Below are positions 15,189 through 25,607 of a stretch of 64,000 nt of DNA, piece by piece. Numbering within the stretch: position 1 is the first letter of the stretch; each line of letters opens with the position of its first letter. A program made the position numbers and the translations under genes. Location: the NCBI GenBank assembly GCA_964016885.1, contig OZ024743.1:156054001-156118000 (forward strand). The letters run 5' to 3'. Source of the DNA: Eledone cirrhosa (taxonomy: Eukaryota). Below the pieces are notes generated by a model, which ran no database searches, was not told the DNA's origin, and saw only the letters and a list, made by a program, of their open reading frames with translations.

Positions 15189-15726
15189 ATATTTGGGGAG
15201 GGTCATATTTGCGTAATATTGCCAGAATTAATAACAGAACACACTCACTGTTTGGTTGGTTTTCGCTTCTCGCTGTCTTTTATATATATATATCTGCGAT
15301 CTAACTTACTCGGTCCTCAATGTTGCCATTGACTGACCGGCGGTCAAAAATAATACAGATACAATATAGACAAACACATATATATATAGTTTACATAAAT
15401 CTTTCGTTGCACATCTGCAACATCGTCAGTGGTGTTATATTCATCGTTCCTCCTGTTGTGTTGTATGTCTACGCCATTTTTTTTTTGTTCAGTCTGTCTA
15501 TATATTTATTTATTTATTTATTTGCTTGTTTGTTTATCTTATTTTATTTTGTCTTCTTTGCGCATGCGTTTGCGTGTGTGTATAGTGTTATGTGTGATGT
15601 GTGACTAGTGTGTATAGTGTTGTGTCTGCTGGGTGACTAGTGTGTGTTTATGTGCTTGTGTATGTATTTATTTATCTTATTTTATTTAATTTAATTTACT
15701 TATTTATTTATACTTCTCTTAGGTCA
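15181..15726 (-). repeat. Inverted 5' pseudo-LTR of the PLE
   Basis: Reverse complement of 19070-19615, including the last codons of the ORF. The ORF track gives identical 94-aa ORFs at 15320-15604(+) and 19192-19476(-). Confidence 0.95.
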
Positions 15727-15848
15727 AAACGCATCAAGGGTAAGACAAACGCATCAACGGTAGGACAAACGCATCAACGGTAGGACAAAAACGCATCAAC
15801 GGTAAGGAAATCCGAAATCTCATCACAGCAAACGAGAGAGATGACTTC

Positions 15849-18800
15849 ATGAGCGTCATCCGACGCGAAACGAAATATGCTCAAAACGAATGCTGTAGGC
15901 ATTTCAAGAAGAAATTAGAATGGATGAATAAGAAAAAACTACAAGAAAGGAAAATCGAATATTCTCAAAAATACCCAGATAACATCGACAACATCCGTAT
16001 GAGTGATGTAAAACTACCGGAAGAATTTACCAATGACCACACAGTAAATATCTATGGGAACACTTTAATCAGTGAACAAGAACAACAAATCCTAAAGTTA
16101 CCACCAAAATTTGCCATCTACAAAAAGATTAATCCTATGGAATGCAAAACGGAGCTGGAAAAGTGTTTCACAAAAATACGTTGGAATGCAAAGGTAAACA
16201 ACAACAACAATAATAACGGTAGTAGTAATATAAACAATAACTCTGGGTATAGAAATAACAGCCATAACCATAACAATGGCAGGAAAGTGAGAAATAGTGA
16301 TAATGGTAATAATACTAGCGATAGACAGAACAACAACAACCACAATAATAATAATAATAGAAACGTTAACCACAGACACAGCAACAGTGACCACAGTAGT
16401 AATAACGGTAACAATACGAACAACAACAACAACAATAACCACAGTGGTAATAATGGAAATAGTACATGTAGCAACATCAACAAAAACAAGAAACATAATA
16501 ATAGTAACAACCACAATGGTAGAAATAGCAGTAACAACAACAACAATAACGGTGAAGTAAACAACAATACATCTAGCAATCATAACAATAATAATATTAA
16601 TGCTAAGGATAGAAACAACAACAACCACCATGATAACAATAATAGCAACACACACAACTATGACGATAGAAATAACGACAACCCCTTAGAGAAACTATTT
16701 TTCAACCCAGCTGACAAAACATATAAGATGGGTAATATCTATCCTACGAGGTTACCCTTTAATAAAAGAGTTTGCATACCACAACAAATAGATGACGAGA
16801 CGGAGGCACAGTTCACCATAGCTAGAAATAAGATTAGACAAGTAGTAGACAGGTACACTATGAGACAGAGCAGACCAGAGGCCCAACAACTTGGGATAAA
16901 ACCTGTAGAAGGCTTGGTTAGCCTCAAGCAGCGCACAAGGGATGGTGAGGTAGTGTGTCTACCCACAGATAAGTCTGGTAGGATGTCAATAGATAGCATG
17001 CCGAACTACATCGAGGCAATGCAACCCCACATCACCAACACGAGCGAAGTTGCACAACTAACACACGATGGGAGAGAAAAAATCCTCAACGCTCACATGA
17101 TGATGTGGACTGACATCCTAAAGCCAAGCAGACGCACTGCCAACAACTTCCAGGCATCTAACAATGGCATACCACCCTTGTATGGGCTCCGCAAAGACCA
17201 CAAGACAGTCGACGACCCGACAATAGGACCACCAACAAGACCTGTATGCGGAGCTAATATAGCTAGCAACTACAGGATCTCCTACTTCCTCTCAATGGTT
17301 ATACGCCCCATAATCAAGATGTCCCCAGATGTATGTGAAAGTACAGAGGACCTCCTCAGCAGAATCAGTGAGTGCAACAAAAACAGGAGCCTATCCAACT
17401 GCATAATAGGCAGCATGGATGTGGTGTCACTGTACCCATCCATTAACATTGATTTTGCTGTGAAAAGATGTGTGGAGATGATCATTGAGAGTGAGGTGGA
17501 GTTCTGCGACGTCGACACAGACGAACTGGGCCTCCTACTTAGACTTACCTACGACACTGACTACCTAGACAGCCATGACCTTAGATGTTTCTGCCCTAGT
17601 AGACCTATAAGAGGTAGACCCCCCACCATAACCTCAATGGCTAAAAAGACTCCCATAGGAAGGTGGATTGGGTGGACCAAAGCTATACGGACCCCCCAAA
17701 ACACTGATCAGGTAAGAAAAATGGTCGCACATGCAATAGGGGCTAGTATCAAAACTACCCTAAAGGGCCACATATTTAAGTTCAATGAGAAAATCTACAC
17801 CCAAAATGAGGGAGCAGCCATCGGCGTCAGCATAGCTGGCGATGTTGCCAACCTTTTCATGGTATGGTGGGAAAGGAGACTTAAAGATCTCCTTAATGAA
17901 AGCTCCATAGACCTCATCATGTACTCTCGTTATGTAGACGATATCAATATAGTTATAAGAACACCCCCACTAGAGAGCACTAACAAGTTTGATTTAGAAC
18001 GTAGCACGATGGAAAGCATCCAGCAGATAGCTAATTCCATACACCAGAGTATAACTGTAACTATAGACTTCCCTTCCAAACACCCTAACAATAGACTACC
18101 TGTATTAGACACAGAACTCTGGATTAACACTATAGACGAGAGAGCCCAAATTCTCCACTCACACTATGCTAAACCCATGGCCTCCAAATACCTGATACTC
18201 AAAAACTCAGCAATGTCCAGTAGTGCTAAGTTTAATATTCTGATCGCAGATTTGGTACGAGTGATGAAGAATGTGTCCAGCATGTGCGACCCAACAGAAA
18301 TGGAAGGACACATCCAACACTTCATCAACCGCATGCAGTTCTCTGGCTACAACCAAAGAGACAGAGTCAGAGTATACGAAGGAGCCACGGAAAAGTATAA
18401 GGCCCTCATAGAACTGGACATGAAAGGAATTTGCCCACTATACAGGAGCAAATCATGGAATAGCTTAGATAGGGCTAGACATAAGATAGGGAAGGCCACA
18501 TCATGGTACGGCAACCAGAGATATCAGAGTGTCATGTTTGTGGACGCCACCCCTGGAGGGAAATTAGCTAACCAGTGTAGAAAGGCCCTGAGAAAGACCC
18601 ACTTAAAAATAAAGGTGGTAGAAAAGCCAGGAACCACCATAAAATCCCTGATCAGCAAAACCTACCCTTTTAAGAAAACCCACTGTACCAATAGGAAATG
18701 TATCATATGTAAGGTGAACCCCCGGATAAACTGTAAAACTAGAAACGTAGTCTATAGCATAAGATGTACAGAGGGTACTTGCAGAAACACGACAACAACA

Positions 18801-19088
18801 TACATAGGTGAGACAGCTCGTAGCATAGGTGAAAGGATAGACCAACACTGGGGGGAACTAAAAGGACGAAAAAACGGGTCAGTACTATACGAACATGCTA
18901 GACAACAACATGACGGTAACATAGACAACATAGAAATTAGAATAATATCTAAACATAGGAATGACCCAGCAGATAGGCAAATCAGAGAGGCCAGTGAAAT
19001 AGAAATTAGAAGACCAAAGCTAAACAGAAAGAATGAGTGGAACAACAACAACACCCAAACAAACAACACTGACCTAAGAGAAGTATAA
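15849..19088 (+). CDS. Penelope-like reverse transcriptase / GIY-YIG endonuclease polyprotein (1079 aa, probably lacking its native N-terminus)
   Basis: PLE RT motifs PTDKSG, PPLYGLRKDHK, PTRPVCG, SMDVVSLYPSI, QNEGAAIG, RYVDD, LPVLD and HYAKP. Linker CxxxxCxxC. GIY-YIG motifs 'NVVYSIRC...YIGETARSIGERIDQH', 'RQIREASEI' and 'LNRKNEW'. Confidence 0.95.
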   Translation: MSVIRRETKYAQNECCRHFKKKLEWMNKKKLQERKIEYSQKYPDNIDNIRMSDVKLPEEFTNDHTVNIYGNTLISEQEQQILKLPPKFAIYKKINPMECKTELEKCFTKIRWNAKVNNNNNNNGSSNINNNSGYRNNSHNHNNGRKVRNSDNGNNTSDRQNNNNHNNNNNRNVNHRHSNSDHSSNNGNNTNNNNNNNHSGNNGNSTCSNINKNKKHNNSNNHNGRNSSNNNNNNGEVNNNTSSNHNNNNINAKDRNNNNHHDNNNSNTHNYDDRNNDNPLEKLFFNPADKTYKMGNIYPTRLPFNKRVCIPQQIDDETEAQFTIARNKIRQVVDRYTMRQSRPEAQQLGIKPVEGLVSLKQRTRDGEVVCLPTDKSGRMSIDSMPNYIEAMQPHITNTSEVAQLTHDGREKILNAHMMMWTDILKPSRRTANNFQASNNGIPPLYGLRKDHKTVDDPTIGPPTRPVCGANIASNYRISYFLSMVIRPIIKMSPDVCESTEDLLSRISECNKNRSLSNCIIGSMDVVSLYPSINIDFAVKRCVEMIIESEVEFCDVDTDELGLLLRLTYDTDYLDSHDLRCFCPSRPIRGRPPTITSMAKKTPIGRWIGWTKAIRTPQNTDQVRKMVAHAIGASIKTTLKGHIFKFNEKIYTQNEGAAIGVSIAGDVANLFMVWWERRLKDLLNESSIDLIMYSRYVDDINIVIRTPPLESTNKFDLERSTMESIQQIANSIHQSITVTIDFPSKHPNNRLPVLDTELWINTIDERAQILHSHYAKPMASKYLILKNSAMSSSAKFNILIADLVRVMKNVSSMCDPTEMEGHIQHFINRMQFSGYNQRDRVRVYEGATEKYKALIELDMKGICPLYRSKSWNSLDRARHKIGKATSWYGNQRYQSVMFVDATPGGKLANQCRKALRKTHLKIKVVEKPGTTIKSLISKTYPFKKTHCTNRKCIICKVNPRINCKTRNVVYSIRCTEGTCRNTTTTYIGETARSIGERIDQHWGELKGRKNGSVLYEHARQQHDGNIDNIEIRIISKHRNDPADRQIREASEIEIRRPKLNRKNEWNNNNTQTNNTDLREV

Positions 19089-19615
19089 ATAAATAAGTAA
19101 ATTAAATTAAATAAAATAAGATAAATAAATACATACACAAGCACATAAACACACACTAGTCACCCAGCAGACACAACACTATACACACTAGTCACACATC
19201 ACACATAACACTATACACACACGCAAACGCATGCGCAAAGAAGACAAAATAAAATAAGATAAACAAACAAGCAAATAAATAAATAAATAAATATATAGAC
19301 AGACTGAACAAAAAAAAAATGGCGTAGACATACAACACAACAGGAGGAACAATGAATATAACACCACTGACGATGTTGCAGATGTGCAACGAAAGATTTA
19401 TGTAAACTATATATATATGTGTTTGTCTATATTGTATCTGTATTATTTTTGACCGCCGGTCAGTCAATGGCAACATTGAGGACCGAGTAAGTTAGATCGC
19501 AGATATATATATATAAAAGACAGCGAGAAGCGAAAACCAACCAAACAGTGAGTGTGTTCTGTTATTAATTCTGGCAATATTACGCAAATATGACCCTCCC
19601 CAAATATAACAATAT
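19070..19615 (+). repeat. 3' pseudo-LTR of the PLE
   Basis: Inverted copy of 15181-15726; contains the HHR-like motif at 19362-19403. Confidence 0.95.
19362..19403 (+). ncRNA. Minimal hammerhead-ribozyme-like motif in the pLTR (mirror copy on - at ~15393-15434)
   Basis: CA-CTGACGA-T-GTTGCA-GATG-TGCAAC-GAAA-GATT-TA-TG: conserved boxes and a 6-bp stem II, but stems I and III are very short. Confidence 0.55.
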
Positions 19616-19669
19616 CTGTTTCGACACACGATTTCATATAAAAAACCTCGCAAAACTAATTCATCGCCG

Positions 19670-19760
<91 letters not shown>

Positions 19761-19846
19761 GATGTATATATATATATATACATGTGTGTGTGTGTATGTG
19801 TGTGTATGTGTGTATATGTGTTTATATATGCGTATATGTTTATATT

Positions 19847-20910
19847 CCGCCACTTTTTCCTCACCAGAATGAAATCAATCTGGTACATGGACAGGTGCAT
19901 ATCTGAGATGTAGGTCCACATCTTCCCCGGATTCTTCCAAAACCTTATGTTGGTCGCTATCAACTTCGCCTTCTGCAGGTTGTTTCTCAGTAGTTTTCCA
20001 TTTCGGTTGGTGTTGTTATGGAAGTACCAGCAAGGATCGCCACTGCCCTCCTTACTCAGATGTGCATTGAAGTCCCCCAAAACAAGCACCATGTTGTGTG
20101 CTTATGTGGTGTTGACAGATCTACACACCTCCTCATGGAACTCTTCCGCACTCACATCACTGTCTCCCTCGGTTGGACTATAGGCTGAGATGACTGTCAG
20201 TCTTGGGTTTCCATTGAAGGTCACCATCAATACTCGCATGGTGACAGGTATTAATTCCCTCTCCAATAGACTGGTTTTTGTGCTGAAAACAAAACCCACT
20301 CCTCCTACTGCAGCATTGGTCATGTTCATCACTGCTGATGTGGTGAGGAGCTGGCTTGTCTTCCCAATCAGCACACTCCTCACGGGCTCATCGTGTAAGA
20401 TCCTGTGTTCTTGGATAACAAGTATCTGCATACCACTGTACTCGAACTGATGTCCCAACTCCGCTCTCTTCTCCAGCGTTCGAATAGTCCTCACATTCAA
20501 AGTGCCCATTTTCATGGCTCTTCTGCAGGACAAATCTGCATTCTTTATATTTGTGTCAGAAGACAGCTGATCCATCATCCACTGGCCCCTGGGGCTCTAA
20601 GCCAGCAGAGTCATAACGACCAGACTGAACATTGGCAGTGTAATTAGGTGTTCTAGCGCTAGTACTGTTAGATATATTCTCCATATGTATTTTCAATGGC
20701 TGACAATACCTTATCGGCGTTACTCGAATAAGGTAGTTATTTAACCCATTAAATGGGGCCCTGACAGGTACTACTACTCCAGGCCCGAGCAGAGGTGGAA
20801 GTTATGACAACTAAGGGGTCATTCCACATTCCCCACAGCTCCTGAACTCCCGAACTGGAGCTTTGAGCCTTGCCACTGAATGTAGTTTAATGTCATACCC
20901 AGGACACAAA
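19847..20910 (-). mobile_element. Inverted 5' part (5' UTR plus APE endonuclease) of an RTE-superfamily LINE
   Basis: 'MKMGTLNVRTIR...ILVIQEHR...GGVGF...VISAYSPT' and 'VLGDFNAHL...NRNGKLL...WTY...[14 protein letters not shown]'. Confidence 0.85.
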
Positions 20911-20914
20911 ACAG

Positions 20915-23030
20915 AGAACCATGTAAATATTTCAGTACACTGGATAGTGACCACCGGCTTGTTATGAGTGAGGTCCGGTTGAGCTTAAGAAAGAGCAAGG
21001 CTCAGCCCCGGAGAGCAATCCATGACTGGGGAGCTTTCAAGGAAGATGATAAGCTACAGGAGAGGTTCACGGTGGAAGTGAGGAACAGGTTCAGTGCTCT
21101 GTGTGGAGACAGAGGGGAGAGAGATTAGATAGACTGAGGAGAAAGTGACAAGGAGGTACGGGCACTTCACCAATGCAGTAGCGGAAGCAAGTGAGACCCT
21201 AGTGCCGAGGAGAAAGAACAAAAGGAAGCACGTCAGCTCTGCAAACAGAAAAGTGTGAGCAGCCAGAGAACACTTGAAAGTTGCCAAGGACCAATTCTAT
21301 GCTGACCCTAGGGAGGAGAGGATGGAGACTGTGGAGGTGATGACTGAGGCCAGAGAGGAGGTACAGATAGAGAAGATCAGAAGTGAGGAGAGAGCGGTTC
21401 ACAGGTCTGGATGTAAGGAGAGCTGGATGATCCTCAACAAGATCACCGGGAGGAAGAGAATGTGTTCGAGTCAGATTCAGGGAACAGGGCCTGAAGATAG
21501 GAAGAGGATATAGCTAGACCATTTTAGGACCCTACTAGGAGAGCCGCCGTCCACAGCCCAGAGAACTGGGGAGATCAGGTGGTTGTTTGAAGAACTGGAT
21601 ATTTAGACGGAGCCCTTAACGAGAGAGGAGCTTCAGAGAGCTAAGAAGAAGATCAAGGAGGGCAAGGCTCATGGAGAAGATGGAGTGGCATCAAAGGTGT
21701 GATTTTGATGATATCATCCTGGGGTAATGTAACCAGGCACTGGAGAAAGGAGTTGCCCGAATTAGTGGAGGATCAGTAACATCGTCCCAGTGTCAAAGAA
21801 GAGAGATCTCTCTAACACCAACAACTGCAGGGGGATCTCACTGACGTCAGATGATTCTTAACAGGATCCAGCCTGAGATGGAGAAGAAGCTCATGGACAA
21901 CGGAACGGCTTCAGAGGGGGATGATCAACCACCAGTCACATCCTGCTGCTGAGGAGGATATTAGATGGAGCTAGAGCAAAGTGCATTCCTGCTGTCAGGG
22001 TTTTCATTAACTTTAGGAAGCCCTTTGATTATGTGGATCATCACTGCCTAATGAAGATCTTACAGGCTTATGGAATCCCCAAGAAGATAGTGGACCTGAT
22101 ATCACTGCTCTACACCAACACCAAATCCCAGTCATTACACCTGATGGGATGACAGAGTTCTTTGAGATACTAACTGGAGTGCTCCAGGGAGAAACGTTAG
22201 CTCGCTACCTTTTTATCATCGTAGTGGACTATTGTATGTGCCTTGCACTGGAGAAACACCAGGACTCTGGCTTTACTGTAGAACCGGCTCAGAGCAGGAG
22301 AGCTAAGGCGAAAAAGATATCAGAAGCTGAATTTGCCGACTACATAGTTTTCGTGACAAATACAGTGAAGGAGGCGGAGGATTTGATGCGGGAGGTTGAG
22401 AGTGTGTCGATGAGTGTGGGACTGAGAATGAATGAGACAAAACAAAATATCTGGTGGAGAAGCCGCTAGATTGGTTGACGACTTCCTGTATTTGTGAGCA
22501 AAGATTAGGAATACGGAAGACGATGTGGTTGAGAAGAAGAGCATAGCCTGGGCGGCGTGCAACAGCTTGAGATCGGTGTGGAAGTCTGACTTTCGTAAAG
22601 AACTGAAAATACACCTCTTCATTGCTGTAGTGGAGTCTGCGCTGCTGTACTGGGCTGATACTTGGACACTGACCAAGAAACTCACTCAGATGGTGGCTGG
22701 GTGCTACACGAGAATACTGAAGATGGCTCTGAACATTAATCAATATACACTGAGGATGAAAAACTCAGAGCAGTATGGGAGCCTCCCAAAAGTCAGCTCA
22801 AAGGTGACACAGAGGAGATTAGGTTTAGCTGGACATGCTCACCGACATCCGGATTTGACATTGCACTCAGTGCTCCTCTGGGATCCCCTGCATGGACGCA
22901 CTGGAAGAGGAAGACTGAGGTTAACATATGTTGAAGCCCTAAGGACAGACACTGGTCTGTTGGAGACGCAGGACATGGCAGCGATGATGAGGGACAGATA
23001 ACTCGTCCATGGATCTCGGGAATTTTACCC
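20915..23030 (+). mobile_element. 3' part (APE end plus RT) of the same LINE, with stops and frameshifts
   Basis: Starts at 'LDSDHRLV'. Also 'IVPVSKKRDLSNTNNCRGISL', 'GVLQGETLARYLFIIVVDY', 'AEFADYI', 'VESALLYWADTWTLTK' and 'RRLGLAGHAHRH'. Confidence 0.85.
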
Positions 23031-23305
23031 GCCCTAGAAAAATATGTTTATATGTGCGTATGTCCTTATACGGACACTTAATCACCACTATCATATTATG
23101 TACTTACATGTTCTCATTTATTCTTATTTCTTTATATTTCTATTAGTTTTCCATTTTCTAACTGTTTTACTGTGTTTTTCTTACTTTTATTTTTTACATC
23201 TGTAACTTCTCTACCTATTTAACATATGTATTTTATTATTCGATGATATTGTTTTGATTATACGCTATTTTCTATATCTATCTTGCCTTGTATGAATTAT
23301 TTTTA

Positions 23306-23415
23306 TATTCTGAGGATTTGATCAGAATATAAAAATTGTAATGGAGATCGAGTGACGCAACCTCGAGCGATTAGCGCCCTCTATACTTACCTGATCGATG
23401 AAACAATTGTTAATA
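23306..23415 (+). ncRNA. Hammerhead ribozyme motif with long stem II insertion
   Basis: TATT-CTGAGGA-TTTGATCAG...CTGATCGAT-GAAA-CAATTG-TT-AATA, followed by AATAAA. A truncated reverse copy lies at ~26695-26790. Confidence 0.65.
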
Positions 23416-23469
23416 CCTGAAATAAAGCCCCTTGTTTTACAGTCAACCATGTTACTCTTCATTCTTTCA

Positions 23470-23514
<45 letters not shown>

Positions 23515-23521
23515 TATATAC

Positions 23522-23599
<78 letters not shown>

Positions 23600-23779
23600 G
23601 TTAAAATACTGGAGTGTGTTGGAGTTAAACAAATATGGTTCTTAGTGTTATAACATCCTTAGTAATTATTATCATATATTTTTATTATATATTTTTGTAA
23701 TACTTCAGTTTATGTACAATACATATTCTTCGGAGATTCCGGCTTGTATCTGCCGATATTACTTCTTGTTGTTTTAATT

Positions 23780-23817
23780 GCCCTGATGAGACCTTAATAG
23801 GACGAAACATTGTCGGC
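23780..23817 (+). ncRNA. Minimal type I hammerhead ribozyme
   Basis: GCC-CTGATGA-GACCT-TAAT-AGGAC-GAAA-C-ATT-GTC-GGC, immediately followed by TAATAAA. Confidence 0.8.
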
Positions 23818-23884
23818 TAATAAAGACTTTTGATGTATTGAAGGCTTCTTTGTTTTACTCTCTTAATATATATATATATATATA

Positions 23885-24640
23885 TGTTTTGGGCAACCAT
23901 TCTTAGCCATTTTGAATACGCTTCTGGCGGGGATAATTTAAGAAAAGTATTTGTACAATTAAGTTTATCTCCTGATGATTTCCAAATACGTTGATTTATC
24001 GAAGATGGGAAATATGCAAAAATAGAATGAAACCTCTGGGGTAGAGATATATTTTCATGATTTTGGTATGTCTATGTACATTTTTTCTTCTAACTTTGAT
24101 TGTGTGCCCAATTATGTATGGTTAGCTATATGTCTAGTCAATTTCTACAAGCTCTCAGAAATACTAGGTAAATTTTCTGTGGCTATGACTCTCGGATAAA
24201 AAGCTATCATTTATTTATCTATTATTTCTTCATAAGTATATGTTAAACGTATAGCCTCGTTCAAATGATTTTTTGTATGGTTGATTATGCTGATTGGGAG
24301 AAGAAATACTGTATATATTTTATCTAATGATTCTATGGACTTACTTTCTTATATATTACTCTGATTGTTAATTATTTAATTAATTCATCATTGAGCCACA
24401 CATAGTTGCTGAACACATAGATATATGGCTCTGTATAGTTTATATGTATGTAAAGTTTTAAATTGTATATACTCCCGTAAGGTTGAGTAAGACTTTAGGC
24501 AGCATTCGGCAGCGCTTTCTAAAACCAGCCTACTGGCTAACAGGCACCACTCACAATCTTTCTGACTTGACTACTGGCCATGTGACAATTCTTACCCATT
24601 TTGAATTCCTTTAAAAGTTTACATACATATAAACTAGAGA
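23885..24640 (-). repeat. Unclassified repeat fragment, partly duplicated at 24973-25270
   Basis: GTTTTGG(G/A)CAACCATTCTTAGCCAT... occurs at both sites, each starting right after (TA)n. Confidence 0.7.
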
Positions 24641-24739
24641 GAGCCATATATATATATATATAACGGAGGAAATGTGGTAAGGAACCAGGTGGACCATAAC
24701 GCACCAAAGTACTCAATACTTGAGGTAGTAGAGTGGGTA

Positions 24740-24969
<230 letters not shown>

Positions 24970-25264
24970 ATCTGTTTTGGACAACCATTCTTAGCCATAT
25001 TGAATTCGCTTCTGGCGGGGATCATTTAAGAAAAATCTTTGTCCAATTGAGTTTATCTCCCGATGATTTCCAAATTCGTTGGTTTATCCAAGATCGGATA
25101 TATCCCAAAAGTGAATAAAACCTCCGGGTTAGAGATATATTTTGATGATTTTGGTATGTTTATGTAGATATTTTCTTCTAAGTTTGATTTTATACCTAAT
25201 TATGTATGGTTAGCTATATGTTTAGTCAATTTCTACAGGCTATCAGAAATACTAGATAAATATT

Positions 25265-25380
<116 letters not shown>

Positions 25381-25556
25381 ATATATAAATAAACGGAAAA
25401 AATGAAACGAAATTTCATTTCCCACTATTAGTACGGCTGTTACTTAAATATAAGTATGTATACGTACATGCATATATGTATACAGACGGACAGTAGTATG
25501 TATATATATATACATACATGCACACACATATATATGCACTGCCTTCTGTACGTTGG

Positions 25557-25607
<51 letters not shown>

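Larger units (their letters stand above)
15181..19615 (+). mobile_element. Penelope-like retroelement (PLE) with inverted 5' pseudo-LTR; recent insertion
   Basis: RT + GIY-YIG ORF flanked by 546-bp inverted repeats (15181-15726 and 19070-19615) with a single mismatch seen. Located next to (TA)n tracts. Confidence 0.95.

Noticed and set aside
15320-15604. Identical 94-aa hydrophobic ORFs here and at 19192-19476 (membrane protein?)
   Set aside because: Antisense reading of an A-rich pLTR; the identity is due to the inverted repeat.
16098-16655. Long hydrophobic antisense ORFs
   Set aside because: They are the reverse complement of the Asn-codon repeat.
15181-19615. DNA transposon with long TIRs
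   Set aside because: The ORF is an RT plus GIY-YIG, and the repeat includes the ORF's last codons, which fits an inverted PLE pLTR.
19089-19615. SECIS element / selenoprotein PLE
   Set aside because: The ORF has no in-frame TGA and I see no convincing SECIS fold. A SECISearch run would be needed.
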